Shown here: positions 1 to 7,490 of the stretch, piece after piece
Numbering within the stretch: the first letter of the stretch is position 1
Layout: each line of letters opens with the position of its first letter
Origin: a virus
Lineage: Duplodnaviria; Caudoviricetes
Strand: one strand, 5' to 3'
Virus record (IMG/VR): IMGVR_UViG_3300049209_000023
Location: 1-35,053 of that record
DNA length: 35,053 nt
The notes under the pieces: model-generated
What the model saw: only the letters and a program-made list of their open reading frames with translations
Told to the model about the DNA's origin: nothing
Databases searched by the model: none
Program-made: the position numbers and the translations under genes

Positions 1-127
1 AGTCGACTCGCTTGATCTTTGAACACTCGACGCATGATCTGCGGTCATCGGATGCATCACGAGCAGACAGGTCGGCCGTGACGCGATCCGATATTGATGC
101 AGTGAGGCCAAGCGAGCGCAGCTTGGC
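1..127. repeat. Terminal direct repeat (assembly overlap), copy 1
   Basis: 1..127 is identical to 34927..35053; 127 bp matches a common assembler k-mer, and an ORF reads through the junction. Confidence 0.95.
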
Positions 128-139
128 GTCGTCAATCAT
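1..139 (-). CDS. 5' part of a 69-aa Cys-rich (Zn-finger-like) phage protein spanning the circular junction
   Basis: The ATG at 139 overlaps the upstream stop (ATGA). It reads MIDDAKLRSLG...RDASDDRRSCVECSKIKRVDFC...LLQRCPDFTEQP* and ends at 34856. Not in the ORF track. Confidence 0.8.
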   Translation of the reverse strand, partial: MIDDAKLRSLGLTASISDRVTADLSARDASDDRRSCVECSKIKRVD

Positions 140-2334
140 GCAAACAACCCCTGCTGCTCGTGGCTAGCATCCTTGATGTTTTGGCAGGCAAGCTCCCAAT
201 ACTGGGGCTTCAGCTCAGTGCCGACGAATCGGCGATTCATGCGGACCGCGGTATAGCCCTCCGAACCAATGCCAGTAAACGGAGAGAAAACCAGATCGCC
301 AGGATTCGTCCAGAGATGAATGCAACGCTCGATGACATCAAGCTGCAGCGGGCACATGTGCTTTTCGTCGTTTTCGTCGCGGGCCGGCATGCGGTTGAGC
401 GTGCGGCCTTGGTCAATGTCAAACCAAACCGGGCTGGCGTACTTCTGCCAAAGGCTCACGGGCAGGTCTTCGCCGTGCGTCACGCGCTCTTCGCAGTCAC
501 CAGGCTTGCGCATCGTCACAACGTAGTCCGGCAGCCCGTTGCGGCTCATCGTGCTGTTCTCGCGGATGGTCTTGTGCAGCAGTCCAAGTGCTTTGGTGCG
601 CTGCATTGCTGTCACCGGGTCTTTCCAGATGCAGACCTCGCTGTGATAGATGAACCCGGCTTCTTGGAATGCGCGAATCAGCGTGCCGCGGAAGTCGCGG
701 ATACCAATGAACCCTTGACGCATCTTGGTCGTTGGCAGATTCATACAGTGGAAAGAGACGTTGCGGCCCGGCTTCAAGACACGGAACAGCTCGGCGATGA
801 GATATTTGAGTTGCGCGGCAAACTCGTCATCGTCCTTGCAGTTGCCCATGTCGTGATCGCTGTTGGAGTACACGAACAGGTCAGCGAACGGCGGAGAAAA
901 AACCGAGTAGTCGATGCTGTTGTCAGCCATGCGGCGCGACCACTTCACGCAATCGCCTAGGTGGACGGTCCACCCGTCCCCTGTAACGGTGTCTTCGCGG
1001 TATTCGTCGGTGATCTTGCGGCTGCCGTTCAATTCTTCGCTCATGATGTCTTTCATGTGTTCAACCATGTTTGCGCTCAGCTCGTGGTGCTGGGCCTCTT
1101 TGCGCTTGATGTTCTCCAGGATCTGGCCCTCGTTCTCCGCCGTGACAATGTGAACCTTGACGGATCGTTTCTGGCCGAATCGGTAGCAGCGGCGAACGGC
1201 TTGGTAGAACTTCTCGAAAGAGTCATCCATGCCGACAAAACCCATGCGAGCGCAGTGCTGCCAATTCATGCCAAAGCCAGCGATCTTGGGCTTGCTGATG
1301 AGGACGCGGAAGTCGCCATGAGCGAACCCGAGCAGATGCTTGGCCTTGAACTCGTGAGAGTCAGACCCCTGGACGTTCACAGCGCCAGGAATCAGTGAAG
1401 CCAGAAGCTCGGCCTCGTCATTCAAGTGACACCAGATAAGCCAGGGCTCTGCAGGGTCTGCGTTGACGATATCGGCCAGCGCTTTGCATCGAGCATCTAC
1501 GCTGTTGCGCTGGGCCTTCCTGCGCTCGGCCAGGCCCATCGCAGGCCGACCGAACAAGTCGCCGTCAAGCGGCTCGCACGGAACGACATGCTCGACGTAC
1601 TCAAGAGCAGGTAGCTCATAGCGTGAGCCATCAAAGCCAATGTCTGCAGGGTTTCGGACGACGACGGCCCATGAGCCCATCCATTCCCAAAATTTCGACG
1701 CACCCCAACCCTTAAGTCGCCATGTTCCGGTGTCCCCGGTATCGTTGACAAAGTAGGTAGCGAGCATCTCGGTGCGAGTCATCACGCCGAGAAACTCGCA
1801 TTGATTGCCCAACTCTTCAAAGTCGTTCGGGCTAGGAGTTGCAGTGCAGCTAAGTCGGTACGGGATGCCTTGAGCCGACTCGATAATCCGCGATCTGGTC
1901 TTACCATCATGAGCCTTGAGAATGCTGGACTCATCCAAAACAAGGCCGCTCAGCGAATCGAAGTCAATAGCGTCCATTCGCTCATAGTTCGTAATCCAGA
2001 CGCCAGGTTCGCTAGGCGTGCCGCCGTGATCGACTCGGCGGACATTGATGCCGAACGCTGCGCCTTGTTCGATGGTCTGGTCAGACACGGCCAAAGGAGC
2101 CAGGACAAGCACAGCGCCGCCAGTATGGTCGGAGACCTCTGCAGCCCACGAAAGCTGCATTAGGGTCTTGCCTAGCCCGGTGTCTGCGAAAATGGCCGCG
2201 CGACCTCGCTTCACAGCCCATGCAACGATGGCTCGCTGAAAGTCAAACAGGTTTTCATTGAGTTCGCCGGGGTTGTGCCCGGTGGCGACTTCACTGCGCC
2301 GCTTAGATGCGACGAATTGATCGTAGTCAGTCAT
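136..2334 (-). CDS. SNF2-like superfamily 2 helicase fused to an N6-A/N4-C DNA methyltransferase
   Basis: Helicase motifs ADTGLGKT, LDESS, TATP and QAVRRCYRFGQ. The C-terminal MTase has FSPPF (motif IV) before SPFTGIGS (motif I), the beta-class order. The start at MTDYDQF is my choice. Confidence 0.9.
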   Translation of the reverse strand: MTDYDQFVASKRRSEVATGHNPGELNENLFDFQRAIVAWAVKRGRAAIFADTGLGKTLMQLSWAAEVSDHTGGAVLVLAPLAVSDQTIEQGAAFGINVRRVDHGGTPSEPGVWITNYERMDAIDFDSLSGLVLDESSILKAHDGKTRSRIIESAQGIPYRLSCTATPSPNDFEELGNQCEFLGVMTRTEMLATYFVNDTGDTGTWRLKGWGASKFWEWMGSWAVVVRNPADIGFDGSRYELPALEYVEHVVPCEPLDGDLFGRPAMGLAERRKAQRNSVDARCKALADIVNADPAEPWLIWCHLNDEAELLASLIPGAVNVQGSDSHEFKAKHLLGFAHGDFRVLISKPKIAGFGMNWQHCARMGFVGMDDSFEKFYQAVRRCYRFGQKRSVKVHIVTAENEGQILENIKRKEAQHHELSANMVEHMKDIMSEELNGSRKITDEYREDTVTGDGWTVHLGDCVKWSRRMADNSIDYSVFSPPFADLFVYSNSDHDMGNCKDDDEFAAQLKYLIAELFRVLKPGRNVSFHCMNLPTTKMRQGFIGIRDFRGTLIRAFQEAGFIYHSEVCIWKDPVTAMQRTKALGLLHKTIRENSTMSRNGLPDYVVTMRKPGDCEERVTHGEDLPVSLWQKYASPVWFDIDQGRTLNRMPARDENDEKHMCPLQLDVIERCIHLWTNPGDLVFSPFTGIGSEGYTAVRMNRRFVGTELKPQYWELACQNIKDASHEQQGLFA

Positions 2335-2338
2335 TGGC

Positions 2339-2545
2339 TTAGATGGGTAATGGCTCTGCGCCTTCGTTAATCGCATCCCGAATCAGCGCATCAACGCCAA
2401 TCGGCTTGCCGTCTCGCTCGATAGTTGCGGTAATTGGCCAAGCGCGGCTAGGGCGACTGTAGAAGTCAAGCGCGCCAACGGCTGAGCCTGTGTCAAGCGT
2501 TGCGGTGGGGGTGAAGCGGTAGGACAGGGTTACGGTGTAGATCAC
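2339..2545 (-). CDS. Hypothetical protein
   Basis: GTG start overlaps the upstream stop; the ORF fills the gap in the leftward operon. Confidence 0.6.
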   Translation of the reverse strand: MIYTVTLSYRFTPTATLDTGSAVGALDFYSRPSRAWPITATIERDGKPIGVDALIRDAINEGAEPLPI

Positions 2546-2763
2546 AGGATGTGTCCTCCGCGGATGGCTAGGGCGATAGCGTGCTCGTTGCTGTTGGCGC
2601 CAAGCGAATCGACTGCATCGTTCCAGTCGTCAAACAATTGAGGCCCAACCAGCTCACCAACTTCCTTTGCTATTTCGGCCCACAGGTAGCCAGCCGCTCG
2701 CATCTCCAACAAGGTCCTTTGTCGCTCTGTTAGTCGCACATTCACTGCCGCTCCTTTGGTCAT
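2542..2763 (-). CDS. Stand-alone LuxR/NarL-type HTH protein with an atypical recognition helix
   Basis: LTERQRTLLEMRAAG..WAEIAKEVG...LGANSNEHAIALAIRGGHI follows the LuxR C-terminal pattern; first gene of the leftward arm. Confidence 0.7.
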   Translation of the reverse strand: MTKGAAVNVRLTERQRTLLEMRAAGYLWAEIAKEVGELVGPQLFDDWNDAVDSLGANSNEHAIALAIRGGHIL

Positions 2764-2772
2764 GATGACCGA

Positions 2773-2846
2773 ATCCTAGGGACTGGAGCAGTGTTGCGCC
2801 ATCAGGGTTTCTCCCTAGTGCGTGTGCGCGTGTGTAGGCGCATGAT
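2773..2846. promoter_or_regulatory. Divergent early promoters around the palindrome AGGG-N5-CCCT
   Basis: CAGGGTTTCTCCCTAG at 2803-2818, with -10-like CATGAT (2841, +) and TAGGAT (2778-2773, -) at similar distances on either side. Confidence 0.6.
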
Positions 2847-2873
2847 TGCGGCATTGCAACGAAGGAGATAGAG

Positions 2874-3176
2874 ATGAGCAAGCACACCGCTGGGCCGTGG
2901 TTCGCTGACAAGCTTGAGGACCGCGCAGCCTTCAACATCTTTCCGGCTGGCGCCACGCATGCACTGCTGACTGTCGCCGGCCCGGCTCACGACGGGGCTC
3001 ACCCGTATGCACAAGCTGCCGAAGCAAATGCCCGCCTGATCGCCGCCGCCCCGGATCTGCTGGAGGCTCTCTTGCATGCTGTTGATTGGCTTAACGCTGC
3101 CGGCATAGCCGAAACGATGCCTGTGCAACAGCAAGCCAGAGCTGCTATCGCCAAGGCAACCGGGAGCGCCGCATGA
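2874..3176 (+). CDS. Phage early protein (HTxGPW...ANARLIAAAPDLLEAL type)
   Basis: Strong RBS AAGGAG; the motif is typical of phage accessory proteins. Confidence 0.85.
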   Translation: MSKHTAGPWFADKLEDRAAFNIFPAGATHALLTVAGPAHDGAHPYAQAAEANARLIAAAPDLLEALLHAVDWLNAAGIAETMPVQQQARAAIAKATGSAA

Positions 3177-3469
3177 GCCAAGCCGACTACGAGCTGCACA
3201 AAGAGCGCGAGTACGAAAAAACGCTAGACAACGGCGAGGACGATGACTACTTGCGCCTGACCTTTGGCGACTACACGGTGAGCGTGTTCTACACACTTTC
3301 CGGCTCCCTTGAGCCAGTCATTCAGTCGTTGTCAATTGACGAGCTTGGTGTCGGCTGTGTCGATGCTAGGTGTTTCAGCCGCTGGCAGCTTGAAGACTGG
3401 GAGTCAAGCATTCGCAAACACATCAAGGCCGAGCAAGAGCAGGCCGAACTTGAGGCGAGGTCGGAATGA
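3173..3469 (+). CDS. Hypothetical protein
   Basis: ATGA coupling at both ends. Confidence 0.75.
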   Translation: MSQADYELHKEREYEKTLDNGEDDDYLRLTFGDYTVSVFYTLSGSLEPVIQSLSIDELGVGCVDARCFSRWQLEDWESSIRKHIKAEQEQAELEARSE

Positions 3470-3645
3470 GCCTAATCATTGTCAAGAACGACCCGCCGCC
3501 AATCCCGGTGCGCCGCTTTGACTGGCATGCATTCATTGACGGCACAGAAGAAGGAGGCATGGTTGGCTATGGTGAAACAGAGGCAGAGGCGCTGTTTGAC
3601 TTGGCGGAACAGCTCGCTGAGTTCTACATGGAGAACATGAAATGA
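3466..3645 (+). CDS. 59-aa acidic phage protein (PPIPVRRFDW...GYGETEAEA)
   Basis: Translated by hand; ATGA overlaps at both ends; below the ORF-track cutoff. Confidence 0.8.
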   Translation: MSLIIVKNDPPPIPVRRFDWHAFIDGTEEGGMVGYGETEAEALFDLAEQLAEFYMENMK

Positions 3646-3824
3646 ACTTCGCCGAAGCCATCGCCGAGCTTTTCGCAGGCCGCCGCATCCGCCGCAAGTC
3701 ATGGGACAAGGGTTTCTACTGGTGCTTTGTTGACGGAGTTCTGCGAGAGTTCGGGGACGAACCGCACAACGTTTACGCGGTTACAGACGACGAAATCCAC
3801 GCAACCGACTGGGAGCTGCAATGA
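3642..3824 (+). CDS. DUF2829/Tad2-like protein
   Basis: MNFAEAI..L.AGRRIRRKSW and DEIHATDWEL match the family's N- and C-terminal signatures as I recall them. Confidence 0.65.
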   Translation: MNFAEAIAELFAGRRIRRKSWDKGFYWCFVDGVLREFGDEPHNVYAVTDDEIHATDWELQ

Positions 3825-4087
3825 ACCCGAATCATGACTCGATGGACGACACCGGAGAATTTGGTGCCAAGATGAACACCCGCGAGGGCTATCACCGCGT
3901 TCCCAAGGGCTTGGACTACCAAGGCCGCTGGCCGCAAGCTGCTGAGTCCTGCACCGAACTCGGTGCGGATGACGACGAGCCCCATGTCTCCGGTGCGCTG
4001 GTGTGGCCTGTCCGCATCGTGCTGGCGGTGATTCTCGTCATGGCCTGCTGGCATCTGGCGGCGCTGCTGGTGAAGGTGACGGCATGA
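3821..4087 (+). CDS. Small protein with C-terminal membrane anchor
   Basis: Coupled ORF with a hydrophobic C-terminus. Confidence 0.7.
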   Translation: MNPNHDSMDDTGEFGAKMNTREGYHRVPKGLDYQGRWPQAAESCTELGADDDEPHVSGALVWPVRIVLAVILVMACWHLAALLVKVTA

Positions 4088-4257
4088 AAGACTCGCACTA
4101 CCGCACCCCCCGCACTCTCTCCGAGTGCCATTTCGTCCCCGGCTACCGCAGCGCAGAGCGTGACGGGTTCACCAATGCCGGGCATTGGCTTGTCCGTGTC
4201 GCTTCTGTCTTTGGCCTGCTGGCGCTTGTGCCGCTGGTGATTCTTGGGGTTGTTTGA
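4084..4257 (+). CDS. Small membrane protein (YRTPRTLSEC motif)
   Basis: ATGA overlap; hydrophobic C-terminus. Confidence 0.7.
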   Translation: MKDSHYRTPRTLSECHFVPGYRSAERDGFTNAGHWLVRVASVFGLLALVPLVILGVV

Positions 4258-5225
4258 TGTCGAACTCTCTGCAATTGATTCAATCTGACATTGAGTCAGT
4301 GCGCCCTCGCTTTGAGGTCTTGGCTGGTGATTCGCTTAGCTTTGAGCGTGAAGCGGGTTTCGCAGTCCAGATCCTGATGGCTAACGACTACGCCGCCAAC
4401 ATCGCGGCCAGTAATCGTCAGAGCGTAATCAACGCCGTTGTGAACGTCGCGGCTATCGGCGTCAGCCTGAATCCAGCAAGAAAGCAAGCCTATCTCGTAC
4501 CCCGTGACGGGAAGATCTGCCTTGACATCAGCTACATGGGCCTGTTGGATCTGGCTATTCAGTCCGGCTCTTTGTTGTGGGGCCAAGCTGAGCTGGTGCA
4601 TGAGCAAGACGGATTCAGTCTGAACGGATTTGACAAGCCGCCGACTCACAACCGAAACCCATTTGCCAAAGATCGCGGGCCGCTTGTTGGTGCCTATGTC
4701 GTCGTAAAAACGCGCGACGGCGACTATCTGACGACTTGCATGCAGATTGACGAAGTCTACGAAATCCGTGACCGATCCGCCGCATGGAAGGCATGGATCA
4801 ACAAGCAGAAAAAATGCCCTTGGGTTACGGATGAGGGCGAGATGGTCAAAAAGACCGTCATAAAGCGTGCTTACAAGCTGTGGCCCAAGACAGAACGCTT
4901 TGAGCGTGTTGAGCGGGCTATTGAGATGCTCAACACTGAGAACGGGGAGGGCTTGGCGCAGGAAGAGCGCGGGCCTGGCGTCATCAAAGCAACCGATGGC
5001 GCTATGGCCTCCCTGTCAACAGAAGAGCAGAGCTACCTGCGCGAGTTCGCGCTTGAAGTTGAGGCGGTCTACAAGGCCGAAGAATCCGGCCCAGCTCTCG
5101 CCTATGACTTGATCGAGGCGCAAAATCTGGAAGCCATGCAGAAGGTCGCGCTTTGGTCTCTGCTGTCTTCTGACGTTCGATCCGGCCTTAAGAAAGAGGG
5201 CGCCGCAAGGCCAAAGTCCGCATAG
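4257..5225 (+). CDS. recT: RecT-family single-strand annealing recombinase
   Basis: GVSLNP..KQAYLVP, ISYMGL, GAYVVVK and W.TDEGEMVKKTVIKRAYKLWP motifs; TGATG coupling at the start. Confidence 0.9.
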   Translation: MSNSLQLIQSDIESVRPRFEVLAGDSLSFEREAGFAVQILMANDYAANIAASNRQSVINAVVNVAAIGVSLNPARKQAYLVPRDGKICLDISYMGLLDLAIQSGSLLWGQAELVHEQDGFSLNGFDKPPTHNRNPFAKDRGPLVGAYVVVKTRDGDYLTTCMQIDEVYEIRDRSAAWKAWINKQKKCPWVTDEGEMVKKTVIKRAYKLWPKTERFERVERAIEMLNTENGEGLAQEERGPGVIKATDGAMASLSTEEQSYLREFALEVEAVYKAEESGPALAYDLIEAQNLEAMQKVALWSLLSSDVRSGLKKEGAARPKSA

Positions 5226-5324
5226 TTTCCCGCCGCCACAGCCCGCGCCCACCTCCTTGGGCAACATGCGTTTGCTGTGGCACATGGCAGTTTTTCTTCA
5301 CCACCACTGCAAAGGAGCAGACCG

Positions 5325-5726
5325 ATGGACATGACAAACATGACCCCGCCGCAGAAGTTGCGCGCGCATATATTGGCATGGGCTCACGACCTTGCCGGCT
5401 TCACCATGCCTGCATTGACGGCGGAAACTCTGGATGCCGAGTGGCAAGACTTTGACGGCAACGATCCCGATGTGTTGTACGAGGCGCAGCTGGATGTTCG
5501 CGGCGGCCAAGTTGAGACGGGCCTGCCTTGCGAGTTTTCTCGCCACTACGAGTCCAAGGCAGTCGCCGCGCAGATGCACGACGGTTCGTGGATCGGCTGG
5601 ACCTACTGGTACGGAGGCGGCAAGCACGGAGAGCCGGAGGCTGTTGATTGGATCGATTACGCCTATGCGCTAACCGTCACCGAAGAAGTCAAAACCATAA
5701 CAGTTCAGAACTTCAAGAAGACCTGA
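5325..5726 (+). CDS. Phage hypothetical protein (GSWIGWTYWYGGGKHGEP)
   Basis: RBS AAGGAG upstream; clean ORF. Confidence 0.8.
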   Translation: MDMTNMTPPQKLRAHILAWAHDLAGFTMPALTAETLDAEWQDFDGNDPDVLYEAQLDVRGGQVETGLPCEFSRHYESKAVAAQMHDGSWIGWTYWYGGGKHGEPEAVDWIDYAYALTVTEEVKTITVQNFKKT

Positions 5727-5733
5727 GATCAAC

Positions 5734-5851
5734 GGGGCGCGAACCGGTGGTGACTGCGTGTTCGATTCACGCGAAAGCTCGGTGCAAAACGCAGACTGCC
5801 TCTGCGAAGGATCTAGGGGGTTCGACTCCCCATTAGGCAGCCGCCCCACCA
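5734..5851 (+). ncRNA. tRNA-like RNA with two T-loop arms and an ACCA end
   Basis: GGGGCG/CGCCCC-ACCA closing stem; GCGTG-TTCGATT-CACGC and GGGG-TTCGACT-CCCC arms; intergenic. Confidence 0.6.
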
Positions 5852-5866
5852 AAAATATCGCAGACC

Positions 5867-5909
5867 TAGGGTTTGCACTGATGCAAAGCACTCTCTAGGT
5901 CGGCATCAT
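5867..5909 (+). promoter_or_regulatory. Early promoter cassette, copy 2
   Basis: TAGGGTTTGCACTGA, then CATCAT 36 nt after the start of AGGG, then GCAACTAGGAG RBS. Confidence 0.5.
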
Positions 5910-5932
5910 TACGTCAGCAACTAGGAGAACCA

Positions 5933-6091
5933 ATGAGCACAGCAGAGATTGACCGCATTGCCGCGGCGTATGAGCGCGCATGCAGTCTCGGGACGATTCC
6001 AGAGGCAAAGCGCGTTGCAGCGGTAGCGCAGGCTTTGGGGGTTAGTGAGCAGGCTGTGCGTGATGCGCTGGCGCAGGAGCAGCGGGTATGA
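5933..6091 (+). CDS. 52-aa HTH-like protein
   Basis: RBS AGGAG; VAAVAQALGVSEQAVRDAL; the stop overlaps the next ATG; below the ORF-track cutoff. Confidence 0.75.
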   Translation: MSTAEIDRIAAAYERACSLGTIPEAKRVAAVAQALGVSEQAVRDALAQEQRV

Positions 6092-6393
6092 GAACCGACA
6101 ACAAGGGGCAGCGGCCTGCGGAAGGGGGGTCGGGACGGCACGCTGCGCATCTTCAGTCTGTGACCTGCCCAGATCACCGTTGCCAATTCATGGGCGAGTG
6201 CTACGCGCCGGCAGATTGCAAGTCTGGAGCCCCCGCCACCCAGCCGGCAGAGCCGAGCGATGCGGAGCTGGATGCGTTAATGCCTAGCAGGCACTACATA
6301 GGACTGGGCCAGAACAACCCAGACGGCTGGACGCGTGAGCAAGTCCGCCAAGCCATGCGAGCCGCCCTCGCCAAGTTCGGAGGTAAGCAATGA
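6088..6393 (+). CDS. Mosaic hypothetical protein
   Basis: Coupled ORF; shares short blocks with 31226..32056. Confidence 0.7.
   Translation: MRTDNKGQRPAEGGSGRHAAHLQSVTCPDHRCQFMGECYAPADCKSGAPATQPAEPSDAELDALMPSRHYIGLGQNNPDGWTREQVRQAMRAALAKFGGKQ
6351..6380 (+). repeat. 30-bp gene-boundary linker; inverted copy at 31239..31268
   Basis: AGCCATGCGAGCCGCCCTCGCCAAGTTCGG is identical in both arms, and each copy is followed by ATGAGCACCAAG. Confidence 0.9.
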
Positions 6394-6758
6394 GCACCAA
6401 GAAGTTTGACCGCAAGTACCGCCCGCACCCCGAGTACCGCTTCTGGCTGTACGACCCCGAGGGTGACGGCATGACGTTCTACCGCACCGCCGATGAGCGC
6501 GACGAGGCCGGCAAGAGTTGCATTGACGATTACTTGGACGATTGCTGGTGCGATCAGGTTGAGTACGTCTGCGCGGGCGAGGTCACGCACGCGGCCCATG
6601 TACTGAACAAGACCATGCGCCCGGCCGATGACGAGTTGGACGAGGAAGGCTGCGATGGCGAGGGCAACTACTGGGAGCCCGATATGGCATGGCGTGGCAC
6701 CTACAAGCTGGAGCCCATCGCCGCCCTGGCCGCAAAGCAGGAGAGCAATAACGAATGA
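6390..6758 (+). CDS. Acidic phage hypothetical protein
   Basis: GGAGG RBS; ATGA coupling. Confidence 0.8.
   Translation: MSTKKFDRKYRPHPEYRFWLYDPEGDGMTFYRTADERDEAGKSCIDDYLDDCWCDQVEYVCAGEVTHAAHVLNKTMRPADDELDEEGCDGEGNYWEPDMAWRGTYKLEPIAALAAKQESNNE
6719..6748 (+). repeat. 30-bp gene-boundary linker; inverted copy at 30697..30726
   Basis: CGCCGCCCTGGCCGCAAAGCAGGAGAGCAA is identical in both arms and contains the RBS of the next gene. Confidence 0.9.
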
Positions 6759-6979
6759 CGCGCGATCCAGTAGGGCTAACGCTAGCGGCAGTACAGCTAG
6801 TCCACAAAAAGCCAAGGGACGCTAAAGAGCTATCTGGGCTCTTGGGAATATCGGTTGTCTACTCTCGCAAACTCCTGTCACGCATGGAAGAAGAGGGATT
6901 AGTTAACCGCAAGCAAGGTCACAACAAGGGGGAAGAAGGCTCTAAGCCGCATGTATTCACATGGGAACGAAACCAATGA
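6755..6979 (+). CDS. Winged-helix DNA-binding protein (paralogue of 33843..34067)
   Basis: AKELSGLLGISVVYSRKLLSRMEEEGLV pattern. Confidence 0.75.
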   Translation: MTRDPVGLTLAAVQLVHKKPRDAKELSGLLGISVVYSRKLLSRMEEEGLVNRKQGHNKGEEGSKPHVFTWERNQ

Positions 6980-7482
6980 CGTTTGCCGACTGGCTCAAGA
7001 TCCGCACAGAACCTGACGGCGATTGCCTAATTTGGCAGCAGGGCCTCAACTCTGGCGGTTATCCGCAGGGATGTTGGCAAGGAAAGCCGGTTCTAGTCGC
7101 TCGATTGGTTGTCGAGCACCGCGGAGGGCGCAAGATGCGCTCTAACGAATGTGCGGTTCCGGCCTGTGGCAATAAGCTGTGTGTCTCTGAGCTTTGTCTC
7201 AGACTAAGGTCTAGGAGCGCTGTGCTCAAGAAAGCCTACGCAACCGGCGCACGCTGCACCAGGCGAGAGCTACAGGCTCGCCAGAATCAGGCAGTCCGCC
7301 AAGGCTGGGCCAAGCTGGACTGGCAGAAGGTCGATGAGATCCGATCAAAGCATCCGGAAAAGAACATCACCGAGCTAGCCAAAGAGTACGGGGTGAGTCA
7401 CAAAGCCGTTTCTGAGGTTGTGAGAAACCTGAGCTGGGTCAAGATCGAGACTCCCGCCTCGGTGTTCCAGTGGCGTCCGTAG
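6976..7482 (+). CDS. HNH-like protein with C-terminal HTH
   Basis: CLIWQ..NSGGYP and CGNKLCV resemble phage HNH proteins, but the usual His residues are not evident; ITELAKEYGVSHKAVSEV is an HTH. Confidence 0.7.
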   Translation: MTFADWLKIRTEPDGDCLIWQQGLNSGGYPQGCWQGKPVLVARLVVEHRGGRKMRSNECAVPACGNKLCVSELCLRLRSRSAVLKKAYATGARCTRRELQARQNQAVRQGWAKLDWQKVDEIRSKHPEKNITELAKEYGVSHKAVSEVVRNLSWVKIETPASVFQWRP

Positions 7483-7490
7483 GAGGACCG

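Noticed and set aside
1-127. Biological terminal repeat or att site
   Set aside because: The exact 127-bp overlap cuts through a gene and matches an assembler k-mer, so it is best read as a circularisation artefact.
5734-5851. tmRNA or canonical tRNA
   Set aside because: Too short for tmRNA, with no G3-U70 pair or tag ORF, no anticodon arm, and a T-arm that is not adjacent to the acceptor strand.
6351-6748. Diversity-generating retroelement or invertase shufflon
   Set aside because: There is no reverse transcriptase or site-specific recombinase, and the repeats are short and identical rather than adenine-variable.
6976-7482. Intron-associated homing endonuclease
   Set aside because: It is a free-standing coupled gene that interrupts no host gene, and the catalytic His residues are not evident.
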